From Ministeria vibrans ATCC 50519 (lineage: Eukaryota; Protista; Filasterea): a DNA stretch of 58,102 nucleotides. The translations under genes were made by a program, and so were the position numbers. Below, piece by piece: positions 13,021 to 28,850 of the stretch. Each line of letters opens with the position of its first letter. The stretch's first letter is position 1. The stretch spans positions 1-58,102 of the forward strand of contig CALSCP010000281.1 in NCBI GenBank assembly GCA_943704425.1, in the 5' to 3' direction. The notes under the pieces are model-generated. The model made no database searches, had not been told where the DNA came from, and worked only from the letters and a program-made list of their open reading frames with translations.

Positions 13021-14985
13021 TCACTTGCGAAGAAGCCTCATCTGCCGCGTCATGCCGTCCAGTTCTTGTCGAAAAAACCTCAACTGTTGATCGCGCAAGG
13101 CAATGCGATCGCTAAGCTGTTGTTCCCGTTCGCTGTACGTTCGTGTGGCGTCCCAGACCGCACGCCTCAAAGCCATTTCGCGCTGTCGATTTCGGTCCTC
13201 AATTGCGCGCGTGCGTTCCACCAGATCAGCAACACTCTGCAAATCAGGTGATAGCAGAGTACGAGCCGTCTCAAGCTCGCGCTGGACACCGGCAAGGAGC
13301 GCTTTGTGTTCGTATTCCATATGCTCACGCACAAGCGACGCCTCGGTGTGTCTGTGCACACTACTCTCGAGTCGTGCCAGTGCGTTGGAGAGTGCTCGCA
13401 AACGCTGATCGCTCTGTGACACCAATTGTTCCGTCTGGCGTTCAGCAAAAAGCACCACCGTGCGCACAAACTGCTCCGTCGCGCGCACTGTCCGCTCTCG
13501 CTCTCGTTCCGCCACACGACACTGTTCTTCCATCTGATTCAAGCGACACTGCGCAAGCTGCAGCTCAGCCTGCAGCGACGCAGTCTCGTCCACCGTCTCC
13601 TGCACCCTTTGTGCGTCGCGCGCTTGCATGTGCTTTTGGACTTGCTCTTGCTCTTGCTCTTGCTGCTGTAGTTGTCGCTGTAATTTTTGCACTACGAGGT
13701 CTTGCTCGTGTCGTCGCGACCGCTCCATTTCCAACTCAGCTTCAAGCTCAGCAACAAGCACACGGTCTTCATTCACCTGGTCCTCACCCGCGCCTGCGCC
13801 GCCGCCGGCACCATTTGCGGTGCGGACGTGTGCAAGAGTCTGCCGAAACCGCGCTCGTTCGCGCGCCAATGTTTCTTCACTCACCGCAAGCAGACGCCGT
13901 GCCACTACGACGTCCGTCCCGCCGCGTTCCTCTTGCTCCATATCCTCCAGTTGCGCTGCAAGCATAGCAAAGCCCCGTCGTTCGCTCTGCACCGCCTCCT
14001 CGGCCGACACCAGCGCATCGCGCAGTCGACCGCCCGCCAACTCCAGCAGCGTCACTCGCTCCTCTTGTTCCACACACCGACGGTGTGACACTTCTCGAGC
14101 CTGCACAGCTGCTGCCTCGCCCTCACGATGCTGCTCCACGGCGCATCGCCATTCTTCGGCGCGTGTCTCTGCAATACGCGCCCGCTCCTCCAACTCACTC
14201 ACGGCACGCTGTCGTGCCTCTTCTTCCTCTTCGTGCTGTGCAAGCTCGCTTTGCAATCGACGCACGCGTTCGTCAGTGATGGTTCCCGCATTGCGCCACT
14301 CTCCGTCACGTCGCGAATAGTCTTCGCGCAATCGAGCAAGCTCACGCTCAAGCCGGTCCGCACGCTCTCGCTCCTCCCGTAGCAACTCGGTCGAACGTGT
14401 CCGAGTGTCGCGTATTCGCTGGCACAACCGCTCGTTCTCCCGCTGATAGCCCTCAATGAGCGCCTCCTGCTCGCGAATTTCAAGTCGAGCCTGCCGCAAG
14501 TGCTTGTCTTCCAGCGACGATGACGACGACGACGACGACGTGGACGACAACGGCGATGCGTCTCCCGAATCCGCTTTGGACGACGCACGCGGCGAGTTGG
14601 TGCCAGCTACCCTCTCAGGGGAGGCAGAGACAACGTCTTCCGAATCCGCTTTGGACGACGCACGCGGCGAGTTGGTGCCAGCTACCCTCTCAGGGGAGGC
14701 AGAGACAGAGCGCAGACGCCCAACCGTCGCTCCTTGCTCAACTTCCCTCAATGCGTCTTCGACACGTTCGTCGGCCGCCACAGCATTGCAATCCGCGACG
14801 TCGTCGCCCTCACCCGTGCACCCCTCCCCATCGTCGTTGTCCGCATCGCCAAGGGCCCCTTCGTCTTTGTCGACAGTGAGCGTTCCATCAAAGATGCGGC
14901 TCATCGGCGCGCTGGCAATATTACACATACTCTCATCTTCCCCTCCACCACCAAGACTGTCCTGGCTCAGAGCAGACACTTCCAT
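13021..14985 (-). CDS. CEP162: CEP162-like centrosomal coiled-coil protein, single exon
   Basis: EQEALIEGYQRENERL and the C-terminal RDQQLRFFRQELDGM resemble the two conserved CEP162 blocks (EQExLLQGYQQENERL; KNRELEKFRTELDSI). Confidence 0.65.
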   Translation of the reverse strand: MEVSALSQDSLGGGGEDESMCNIASAPMSRIFDGTLTVDKDEGALGDADNDDGEGCTGEGDDVADCNAVAADERVEDALREVEQGATVGRLRSVSASPERVAGTNSPRASSKADSEDVVSASPERVAGTNSPRASSKADSGDASPLSSTSSSSSSSSLEDKHLRQARLEIREQEALIEGYQRENERLCQRIRDTRTRSTELLREERERADRLERELARLREDYSRRDGEWRNAGTITDERVRRLQSELAQHEEEEEARQRAVSELEERARIAETRAEEWRCAVEQHREGEAAAVQAREVSHRRCVEQEERVTLLELAGGRLRDALVSAEEAVQSERRGFAMLAAQLEDMEQEERGGTDVVVARRLLAVSEETLARERARFRQTLAHVRTANGAGGGAGAGEDQVNEDRVLVAELEAELEMERSRRHEQDLVVQKLQRQLQQQEQEQEQVQKHMQARDAQRVQETVDETASLQAELQLAQCRLNQMEEQCRVAERERERTVRATEQFVRTVVLFAERQTEQLVSQSDQRLRALSNALARLESSVHRHTEASLVREHMEYEHKALLAGVQRELETARTLLSPDLQSVADLVERTRAIEDRNRQREMALRRAVWDATRTYSEREQQLSDRIALRDQQLRFFRQELDGMTRQMRLLRK

Positions 14986-15086
14986 TGAGGAAGAGACAAA
15001 TGAGGAGTGATTTGAGTTGCATTGGTTTAGTGACAGGCATTATTTTTTCAAAAGATCGAAAGATTTTTACAAAAATTCCCTTAAAA

Positions 15087-18000
15087 ATGGCCCCATGGCG
15101 CCTTGTAGCGATAGTTCTTGTTGCTTTTATGGTGCACGGCTCTGACTGTCGAACGAAAGGAAGCGAAGCGCTCGGCACAGTGACGAATCAATGGGAACAG
15201 GTAATGTCTTCTTACACGCACCCACGAGACGGTTCCCCCTCCTTCTCTGACTGTGCACTGCTCACACCGTGCATGTGCTCTTGGTTTGCTGCAAGAGCAG
15301 TCCTCCTTTTGCTTCATTGGGGGGTTTTATCGTGTCGCTGAATTATTTTCGCTTTCGCTCGTGTCTTGCCTCTCCCGGCATTTGTGACTCCCCCGTACTT
15401 CCTACACACTCCTCGTGTCTTTACAAGAGGCGATGCGGTGTATCGTGTCACGCACGCACACACACACACATTAATAAATACATACTAATCACTCACACCT
15501 TACCTGACTCATTCACACTTCCCCAGGACTTCACTACTGCCTTTGGACCTGATTTCGCCTGGATGCCTGCTCCCATTACGGCCCCCCGATGCATCTTTGG
15601 ACAGCTCATGTACAATGGCGAGTTGCCGTGCGTCTGCTTTGACATGTTCAATCCCAATGATACCCTCTCCTACTTCTATCCGACTGTCTGGCTCTACAAC
15701 ATCCTTTTCAAGTCCTGGACCAAAAACCCCAACGAAGGCGCTCCCATGTTGCCCTTCGATCCAAACCTTGCGGCTGCCGGTCACGACCAGTGGGCGTCAC
15801 CCACCATGTCGCTCGTGACGGTCCTCGACAACCTTGGCAACGAGACACTTCTCCTCCTCAACTCGGCGGCCCTGGTGTGTTCGCCCGAGTGTCGCTTCTC
15901 GCTCGTCCTGATGCGCTGGGACACGAGCAAGTCGTGGGTGATTCTTGACACGTCGTTGGGCCCAGCTCCCATTGCGCCCATTTACAATCCCGTCGTGGTC
16001 GCCTGGCAAGACAAGATTCTGCTGCACAATGTCAACACCACGCTCACCCGCGACAACGCTACCTACATTTACTCGTACCTTAACAACGACTGGCTCATCG
16101 CCGACAGCGGCCCACAACCGGCCGTGAGCAACGAAGAGTGTGTGTGCAGCGATCAGACCAGGACCGTCTGTCCCTCGTTTGGACCGTACGGCACCATCAA
16201 CTCCATCAACGGTACTGTCTTCCTCTCCTACTGCACCGGCGACTGTTGCGACACCCTCAACCTGTGGACTTTCCCCATGGACGCGCCCGTCAGCTCAAAC
16301 CTGAGCGTGTGGAGTCCTATGGAGACCAACATGACGCAGGACGCAGTCAATTGCTTCCACGACGGCGAGGTGCAGTCGCTGTCGCGTGGCATTGTGTGGA
16401 CCGACGGACAGCTCATGTTCATCTCGTCGGGCAGCAAAGGCTGGCTCATGTGTTCGTTTGACGTCATCACGCACATTTGGACACGCCAGACAGACCAGCT
16501 TGTACGTGGCGCCCCTAGCATTGGCCACTTCTCCGAACTCATCCCCAGCGCCATCGACTCCTTTGTGCTCCCTATCTACTCGGAGACAGCGCCGCTCTCG
16601 GGCCACGCCGTCGAGTCAGGCCAGACCCTGCAGACAATTTCACAGTACTACACCATGGGACCATTTGCTTATTGGTGGCTTCAGCGCACCGCCGACGAGT
16701 CTCCATCGGGTCGCTTTGGCTTTGCACAGTCCACCACCACCGACATGGCCCAGTACTACATTTTTGGCGGTCGCGACTACACTCCCTCTGTGTCTGATGC
16801 TCTATGGAGACTTGACGTAAAAAATAATGAGCGAGAGAGGAGGGACAGGCAGAGAGATAGAGAGCGAGAGTGACAAAGTGACAGGCAGAGGAGAGATAGC
16901 TTGAGTGAGTGTGTATCTTTGTGGTGTGTACCTTTGTGTATCTTTGTGGTGTGTATATTTGTGTATATTTGTGTTTTAGTGGTGCGTGTTGCCAAAGAGA
17001 CAGAGGCGAACTGATGTTGTGCTGTAATTAGATGGGCACTTCGACGTGGACTCGCATTGTGAGTCGGAATTACCCGCCGACTGCGCGAGAATTGGCGTCG
17101 CTGGTGCTGCTGTTGGATGACTCGATGATTGTGCTCTTTGGTGGGATTTCAGGCGTGCTCAATCAGGAGATCACATCGGTCATGTACAACGACACGAATT
17201 TGTTTGACTTTAACACACTCAACTGGTACAATGCGCTCGAGAGCGACGCCTACTCGCCCGAGTGCCTCAATGTGTGCTGGGGCACAACCATGTCACAGAC
17301 GTCCACATCGACTGCCATGCTTATCACCATTGTGGGGCTTTTTTCGCTCTCAACCGTCACCGAGGTGCCTCACCGTCTCGAGTGGACCCGTCGCGACCAC
17401 GGCGACTTTCCACCGCGCATGCTCCACGCCGCCATGGTCGCCGACTTTGATGCGCTCTATGTGTTTGGCGGCATCACCAATCATAGCATCATGATCAAGG
17501 AGCAGTACGAGCTCACACAGGGCACCAACGACCTGTGGCTCTTCAACGTGTCCACGGGTGTCTGGAGTGAGATATTCTACGACCCCGCTTCGGTGGTGCC
17601 GTCGCCGCGCTACGGACACCAGTGCGTTGTGCTTGGCACCGAAGCGGGAACGCGGCTTGCATGTTACGGCGGTCTCAACGGCGACATGTACACGGCTGTG
17701 CCTCGCGACCCCCACGTATACCTGTTCTCGACCATGTTGCGACGCTGGGAGGTCGCCACGTCAATTAACAACCCACCGCCCAACACCTACTTTGGCATGA
17801 CGGTGCACCGCGACGACAACAGCATGACCATTTTCACGTTTGGCGGAACGCTCTTTCAGGTTCAGTGGATTGCTATGGGCGTCACTCGTACCATTACACT
17901 TGGTTGCAATCCGGGCAGTTATTCGCCCGACTACTTTACAACGGTTCGAGCGATTTCTTGTTTGTTGTCTGCGTATTTTCTTTTTTTCCTCTTAATCTTT

Positions 18001-20230
18001 TTCTTTTTTTACTTCCTCTGCCACAGCTGTGCTATTCGTGCCCTGTGGGATGGTATGCTGAAAAGTTTGCCCAGAAGCAGTGCGTAAAGTGTCCCCGTGA
18101 CCAGACAACTGCGCACGAAGGGGCCAGCAGCAAGTCTGAGTGCACTGTGTGTCCGTCCAACAATCAGCTGTCGGCGTACTGCAACCGGAACGGCTACTGT
18201 CTACAGATGAAAGAGCTGGCGACGCCCACCTGCACCTGTCGTTTTGGTTACAGTAGCTTTGACAATTGCAACGTAACACAACACGCGATAAGAATAGCAA
18301 CAGTTAGATTTCGTTTGACTCTCTGTGTTTTTGTAGGTTCCATGGATTGCGGTGATTGTGTGCACGTTTGTTGCAATTTTGAGTGTGATATTTGGTTTTT
18401 TGTTTGTGCGCTGGCGCAACAGTCGGCGCGAGCGACACTATGTGCGTCTTTTGGACCACGCAGAAGACTCCGTGCTGCGTCTGTCGCGCGTGTGGTCGAT
18501 TCGCGAGAGTGAGCTTATGCTGCACTATCACATTGCCGAGGGAGGCTTTGGTGAAGTGTGGTTTGGCGAGTATCATGGCCATGCGGTGGCGGTGAAGCGG
18601 TTGCGCAACGACGTGACGCTCAGGGGGCTCATGGACTTTGAGCGGGAAATTGAGCTCATGTGCACTCTGCGGCACGAGCACATTGTGTTTTTCTATGGTG
18701 CCGGAATTGACCATCTCGAAGTAACCCACACCTAAGTAGTGTAGTGTAAAGCATCGTTTTAACATGTCACTGCTCATCCCCTCATAGGAACCTTTTCTGG
18801 TGATGGAGTACATGGGCCTGGGCTCCATGGCGAATCTGCTACACGAAACCACCGACGAACTGTCCATGAACGAGCGTGTCAAGTGGATCACCGATGCCGC
18901 CCGTGGCATGCGTTTCCTTCACGCCCAGAGCCCCCCTTTTGTTCACAGAGGTATATATAAAAAAACAGTACAAAAAAACATAAATTTGTGTAAATGTTTT
19001 TCTTTTCTTAATTGTTGAATAGATTTGAAAACAGCCAATCTGTTGATTTCGGCAAGACGAGTGTGTAAAATCAGGTTTGGCATTCCACCAATTAACACAA
19101 CAATAATAATAATAACAATAATAATATTATTATAATAATATTATTATTATAATTATTAGTATTACTATTATTATTATGATTATTAGTATTACTATTATTA
19201 TTATGATTATTATTATTTTTATTATTATTATTATTATTATTATGATTATTATTATTATTATTATTATGATTATTATTACCATTATTGTTATTATTATTAC
19301 TGTTGTTGTTTTATCGGGTTGTGCAGTATTTGGAACATTGAAAATATATTTGTTAGTGACTTTGGAACGACTCGCATTGTGGGCAAATCATTGCCTCTAC
19401 TGCGGACGGGAACGGGAAGACCGTACTCGACGACTGCGAGCTACAGTGCGCGGAGTATGGTGTCGGACGGGGCGAACGGGAGCGACGATGGGCGGGAGCA
19501 GACGACGGGGGGCGATGCGCAGTCGACGGAGCGACTGTCGGGGACGGCGGCGGCCATTAAGCACTGGCGCAATGTGCCGGGTGTGGCGAACACGCGCATG
19601 TCGAGCCATGGGTACAAGTCGACAAATGCAGATGGGGTCATGGGCACGCTGGCGTACTGTGCGCCTGAGTGTCTTCTCTCGGCCGCCGGCGAGTATAGCG
19701 AGGTGGACGGCACGTCGAGCGATGTCTACTCGTTCGCCATCATCATGAATGAAGTTATGGAGCGTCGGTATCCCTTTGAAAACACGGGTCTGGTGGGCGG
19801 CGATCTTGCCGCCCACGTGCTCAACGGCAACCGCCCGCTTGTCACGGACGACGCTTATCCTGTGCTGCCTGCCTCGTCTCTGTACGGCCGCAAGTCGTAC
19901 CGTGCTACCATGGAGATGTGCTGGTCTATGCTGTCGTTGGCGCGCTACAACTTTGACACTCTTGTGAGCATTCTTGTGGGCGTGTACAACGACGTGGGTG
20001 GCGAGACGGTTACTAACGAGGAGAATATCAAGCGACAGACGCACGCCGCGTCGGGCCTGGCCACCAACCAGACGACCAACCACACCTACCTCCAGCTCAC
20101 CTCGGGCAGTCTCAGTGCCACGAACCTCTCGCGCACCGGCACGAGTGGCTTTCCTCGCAGTGCAAATCACCTGCAGACGGGCGGTGACGACGATGATGAT
20201 GATGACGATGACGACTACGATGACTACTAG
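15087..20230 (+). CDS. Receptor-like TKL Ser/Thr kinase: signal peptide, Kelch propellers, GCC2/GCC3-type Cys-rich repeats, EGF, TM, kinase
   Basis: Signal peptide MAPWRLVAIVLVAFMVHG; Kelch YIFGG/VLFGG/YVFGG/CYGG; CPVGWY..CVKCP; TM helix WIAVIVCTFVAILSVIFGFLFV; kinase EGGFG, VAVK, HRD/LKTAN (split by an intron), DFG and GTLAYCAPE. Confidence 0.88.
19100..19300. repeat. Imperfect (AAT)/(ATT)n microsatellite in a kinase intron
   Basis: Directly visible. Confidence 0.95.
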
Positions 20231-20356
20231 CCATAATAATATTATAATAATTATAATTTTAATTTTGATTGATTATTTTTTGTATTAATTTTGTTTAGTA
20301 GATGGTGCAGTAATATTATAATGAAGAAAAAATTAATAATGAACGAGAAAGATTGT

Positions 20357-21435
20357 TTAAATGAATCTGTGCTCACAAGGATCGTACGACTCGCGTCGAC
20401 ACGCCGACTCTGTCTCATGGTATATCAATTCAAACCCTCGAAACTTTTGGCCCACCACCATTTGACCAAATCGGTGAGGACCGTCTGGGGAGAAAAAAAA
20501 AACAAAGAGCAAGGGGGAGTGGGGGTGGGGGTTAGTGACAGAGGTGTGTCAAGTCACTGTGTTTGAATGTCATTCAGTCACAAGCGTGCGCGTTCTCATC
20601 AAGTTCTCATAAAGCTGGTCACGTACACAGAGCGCGTGCATGTTGTCTGCGCTATGTAGCGTCTCTCTCTCTGTCTCTCCATTTGTTTCTTTGTCTTTCC
20701 CCCCCTCTATCACTTTTTTTTTCTTCTATGCTTAAACATGACTCGGTGTACCTTGAGGGTGAGTAAAAAGCTCGATTTGCAGGTCAATCATGTCTTTGAA
20801 GAGCGCCTCGTGAAGAGCTGTTTGCGACACCGAGTAGTCCTGCAACGCCGGATTCTTATTCACTTCAATCAACTGAACCTAACACATAATGAGAATGTGT
20901 GTGAGTACGTCATGATCAGTGAGCACTTTTGCAAGTGTTTGAGTGTTTGAGTGTTTGAGTGTGTGTGTGTTTGAGTGTGTGTGTGTGTGTGTGTGCGTGT
21001 GTGTATTGGCGTGGGAATGTGAGTGTGTGAGTAGATAATGATGCGTTTTTTGAGTATTTGTGGTGTGAGTGAAATATATACAAGGATGTAATAAGTGATA
21101 ATTCGCACCTGTAAATCATCGGTGAGCATAATATCGAGTCCTAGCAATTGGAAAGTGCCGGAGCGACGCGCAAAGTTCGCTCGGTTCGACTCAAAGATCA
21201 GTCTGCAGATTTTAGTCATTTCCTTCTGCCTCAGTGTAAAAAAACGGAAAACCAAAACCAAAAAAAAACAGGTCAAACAACGCAGAGGGAACTGGGTGAA
21301 AAAAAGACAGAAACTGACAAGAAAGCGCGTTCTGAAGTGTGCTGCGCGGGGGTGGCCGCTCTCGACGAGGTAGTCTTCCAGCTGGTTCACTGTCCACAGC
21401 AGTTCCTAGTATGAGACACAGTCGTAGAATACATA

Positions 21436-21474
<39 letters not shown>

Positions 21475-23547
21475 GTTATTTTGATTATGTTTTGTCATAC
21501 GTCGGTGGACACATTCTTTCCCTGCTCTTGACGACGTTGGATTTGCAGGACTGTGTTAATAATGTGAGAGGCAAGGTCGTTTGACGATGCATTGTACGGC
21601 ACAAGGGAGCGACGCACATAGCCCGAGTGCATGAAAACCATGTAAGGGCGCGTGTTGGCAACTAAGCATTGAATAAGCATGTTCAGAAAACGCATTCAAT
21701 ACCAATGGTTATAAGTATTACTGCACGAGGGGCACTTGATGATACAAGCTACTCTCTCTCTCTATCACTTTGTTCTTTGTTTCTTTCTCTCTCTCCCCCT
21801 TCTCTAGTCTTTGTCTCCTTGGTGCTGTCACACACAACATAAATACACGTATATAGTATATATCCATATACACACACATCTGACACACACATACACACAC
21901 ACACAAATCATAACAATATAATTATGTTACTATCATAATGATAACGGCGTACTGAGCATATAATGGCGGATGTCAAATTTGCAAGCGTGAATGAGAAGCG
22001 GGTTGGAGATGTAGCTCTGAATAACGGCCGACACAGGTGGCACACACGTGCGGTGCTGCTGTGCAAACGCATCCAGATCCGCAGAGTGCATCATTTTGAT
22101 TCCTTTGCCTCCCCCGTGACTATAATCATCAAACAAAGGGTTCCAAAAGAAACTCAGCTAGTGTACAGATTTCGGGTCTTTTTTGGTACCGTCCTGGTTT
22201 GAGCATCCACATTTGGCGTCGACGATCGTCAAAACGCGAGAAAAACTGAATGCACTCTTCGCGGTTGTGCAGATCGTATGTCAGTGGCATCAGCCCAACC
22301 TCTCTCATTGCTACAAGGTTAAAAAAAAAAACGTCAATCGCTTCTTCAATTATCGTTTCTTATTTGTTTGTAGTTGTCATTGTGCGCTTCTTACAACAAC
22401 CGTATTCTCTGAGAAAATTTGCCTTGTCGCGGTATTGCTCGTTTTTAAGGCCACCTTGGACAAAGCTTGAATAAGCCACATGTGCATGAAACACACACAC
22501 ACATGCAGGCACCCACATATATAAGACAACCAAAAAGGCTCCTAATTTTTTTACAAATTGCCCCTGTCTTACCTAAACTCCAGGAACCGAGAACGTACGA
22601 GTGCAGAAGAGACGCCCGCTTCTGGTCTGGCGGCAGGTTGTGCTCGAGTGCTCCTTCGGACCAGCGTCCCCACATCACCTGATATGTTTCGCCCCTGTCC
22701 ATCTGTTGGAGAGGGAGAGCTAAGTTTAAGCGCATGCATATGCAATGCAATCCAATGGCAACATTGGCTGTCGTACTCGTGCTTTGCAGCGCTGCAAGCT
22801 GTTCGAGGCAATCCATCCGCGGCGGTGAAACTCCCTGCACCAACAGCATACAACATTCATGAGACCAAGCAGCACCGCATATGCACGCAACACTCCATGT
22901 TTATGTGCTCTTCGATTCATACCGTTTTGTCAAAGGGTAAATGGTGTGAACATGACAAATGTGAGGATGTCCGTTGAAGATGTCTTCCGTTAGCTGTGCG
23001 AATCATTAATATTAGCCGTGACTGGCAATGCAGCGCATGACTTCCACGCATGCAATGCAGTACCTGTGGTTCAACCGGGCGGCTCTCAAAGCACTTGCGA
23101 AGGAACTCGCGTGAGATGTGGCCGTGAGCGTGTGGAAGCCGTCCCGCAGGCGCTGAGCCCGAGTGCGCCCGTCGCTGCCCTCGGTCATGCGTCGCCCGTT
23201 TTACATGGTGCACCAGCGCTTTGGAAAGGCCCTTGCGGATTTCTTTCATGGCCGCCTTTTGCAAGTCAATTAATTGTTGTCAAAATACTATCGGACGTCA
23301 ATCTGTGTCAAAAAGGTATTTACGTGTTTTGCTGCGTTTGGCACAGTGTTCGCGCTTGCGGTTTCTTCTACGTCCCATTGGCCATCGTACGTCCACTATG
23401 GAGGCGTATGATGAGGTGAGAAGTCGACAGGACGACCGCGTAAGGGGAGAGTTTTCATACCACATCAGGCCTGAGCAGCGTCATGGAGAGTCCCACAACA
23501 AGTGCAAGGGCAATGAGAGCGACAAATACAGATGTTGGAGGCCTCAT
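20357..23547 (-). CDS. Tubulin-tyrosine-ligase-like ATP-grasp ligase (TTLL10-like core) with an N-terminal signal anchor or signal peptide; about 13 exons
   Basis: The spliced product has WMLKPGRHGGGKGI, VIQSYISNPLLI..KFDIRHYML, ANTRPYMVFMHSGYVR, FQLLGLDIM and LIEVNKNP. Exon 1 encodes MRPPTSVFVALIALALVVGLSMTLL. Confidence 0.85.
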
Positions 23548-23862
23548 TGACTTCAAAAGAAATGATTAATGAATGAAATTGAAATTTGAAATTCAAGATA
23601 ATCAAAATCGAGATCTGTACACAACATCAAAACCGTAAGAGATGTTGTTGCACAAATTTTTGAGATTGGAAGCAGTACTCCGTACATCCTCATCTCTCCC
23701 TCGTATGGGTACGGTTACAGACTATTGGAATGATATAATCGATTAGTTCTGTAGTCTGTCGTACGGCTTCTTGACTCTTTGTCGGTAGGTAGTACATGGG
23801 ATTGTATTAACGAAAGAATTATTTTCATACGAATCAATTAATAATAATAATAATAATAATAA

Positions 23863-25710
23863 TTATTCGGTCCGAGTCATTTTGAGCAACGACTGCGACT
23901 CCATTCGTTTGTGCGCGGCTATGTCACTTAAGGCCTGATTGAAATCACGCATAGCCATGGGGCGCAACTGCGACGGCTTGTTCGACTCAGTGGTCGCATT
24001 ACTTGATGCAGAGGCGCGCACAAGATCACGGACACAGGCGTGAGCGGCAAAGCGGCACATTTCGCGGAGGTCTGAGCCGGAGAGACCCTGAGTGCGCTGC
24101 GCGAGGTCAGCCACATCAACGTCCGCACCAACGTGCTCGGTCTGCAAAATGACGCGCAGAATGGACGCGCGCTGCTGCTCGTCAGGGAGTGTAATGTGAA
24201 AGCGTTTGGGCATGCGACGCAGAATGGCACTGTCAAGGTCGGCAGGACGGTTGGTGGCCCCAAGCACAATTACGCCCTGTGACGAACTCGACGAGCTCAG
24301 TCCGTCCCACAGCGTCATAAACAATGCCTATAAAAGAGATAGATATAATTATAAGGGCAAAAGAACGTGATAGAGGGAAAAAGAACAAAGTAATAGGAGC
24401 GGACAACATGATAATGTGATAGGAAAAAGAACAAAGGAATAGGAAGAGGACAACATGATAAAGGAGACGAATGAAAAGAAAACGGGCGAGGGATAAATAT
24501 ATTATGTTAAATACTTTGATTTGTGAGGATGCTTCGTGGTCGGTGGAAGAGCGCTCGCGTAAAAACGAATCTACACATAGGGTGGTTTACGAGTGAGTGA
24601 TAAAAAAAAAGGGTAACAATGAATACTCATGATAATAATATTAAAATAATTATGATTATTATTAAATTATTATTATTGATTATACCGATTTCGTCGATGA
24701 AGATGATGCAGGGCGCAACCTTGCGTGCCAAGGTGAAAACGGCCTGCGTAAACTTTTGACTCTCACCAAACCACTTGTCGTGGATTGAGCTCACTTGAAG
24801 GTTGATGAACGCGCAGTTGCATGCCTGTGTGAGCGTGAGTGAGAGAGAGAGAGTAAGTGAGACGTGAGTGAGAAAGTGTATGTCTTTGTGATATATAATT
24901 ATATAATATTATAATATAATTATGTGTCAGTCGGTGCATGGCGTACCTTGGCAACTGCCTTGGCCAGCATCGTCTTGCCACAGCCAGGAGGTCCGTAGAG
25001 AAGAACACCTGCGAGAGGAAGAAGGTAAAAAGGCCTGTCGGTTAGCATGGGAGGAGACGGCGCTGTCGCTCTGGTACCAGAGGGCGGTTGCAAGAGGGTG
25101 GAGCCGGTACGGAACAAGTCGGGTCGGGTGTACGGCAGCACAACGGACTCCTGCAGGTCCTCGACGATGCTGTCAAGGCCGCCAATGCTGTCCCAGGACA
25201 CTGTGATGTCGCGTGGATCAATGATGTCTTGCGAAATGACACATTCGTGATCTGAGAGCTGTACAAAACGAATCGCACAAAGATAGGAAAAAAAAAAAAA
25301 AAAAAAAAAAAAAAACGTGAGTGTCGAGCTGTTTGCAGAGAGAAGGGCCGCACAGGGAGGGACGGCAGTACCTGGACGTTCTTGTTCAGACGCTCCAGAA
25401 TCCGTTTACTTGCGTTACGAGCGGACGCCTTCTTCTGTACGCGCGGGAGAGAGGGAGGGAGAGAGAGAGGGCGAGTGAGTCAGTGAGTGCGTGGTCGAAA
25501 AGTCGAAATCGACTCGTGTTCTCGTGTTGGCTTACATTTCCTCCATCCATGGCGCCCAGTAAGTACCTCACAGAGTAAAACAGAACCACCTGAAGGGAAG
25601 AGGAGCAGCGATAAGCGTCGCGGTAGAGCGCAAGAGCGAAAGTCGATGCGCAAAACCTGTGATGCGGCGAACAGGCCAAGCTCCAGTAGTAACTTTGCCT
25701 TTCTCTCCAT
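23863..25710 (-). CDS. ATAD1: ATAD1/Msp1 AAA+ ATPase
   Basis: N-terminal anchor, [41 protein letters not shown] and [18 protein letters not shown]; canonical introns. Confidence 0.93.
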
Positions 25711-26001
25711 GGCTATTGGTTGATGTCAAAAGACACGTCTGGAACTGAGGGAAGTAAAAGTATTATTAATTTTCTAATTACTTGAAATCGCAATTGAGTC
25801 ACGACATTATTACGTCTTAGTGAAGTTGGTATAATGTTACCAATCACAAGCGAAAAGCGAACACAAACATGACTCTAGAGTCTGCAGTTTGGACAGATTG
25901 AACTGAATAATAATAATAATAATAAGAAGAATACAACTCATTTATTAAATAATAAGAGGTAGAATGAGATTGTAATGATTAATGAAAAGAGATTATACAA
26001 T

Positions 26002-28850
<2,849 letters not shown>

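Noticed and set aside
19176-19320. Poly-Ile, poly-Asn, poly-Tyr and ER/SL-repeat ORFs here and at 27208-27465, 33440-34297 and 46470-46775
   Set aside because: They are translations of intronic or intergenic microsatellites.
18490-20000. Receptor tyrosine kinase call
   Set aside because: The catalytic loop HRDLKTAN and GT.xY.APE are Ser/Thr or TKL signatures, not HRDLAARN and P.RW.
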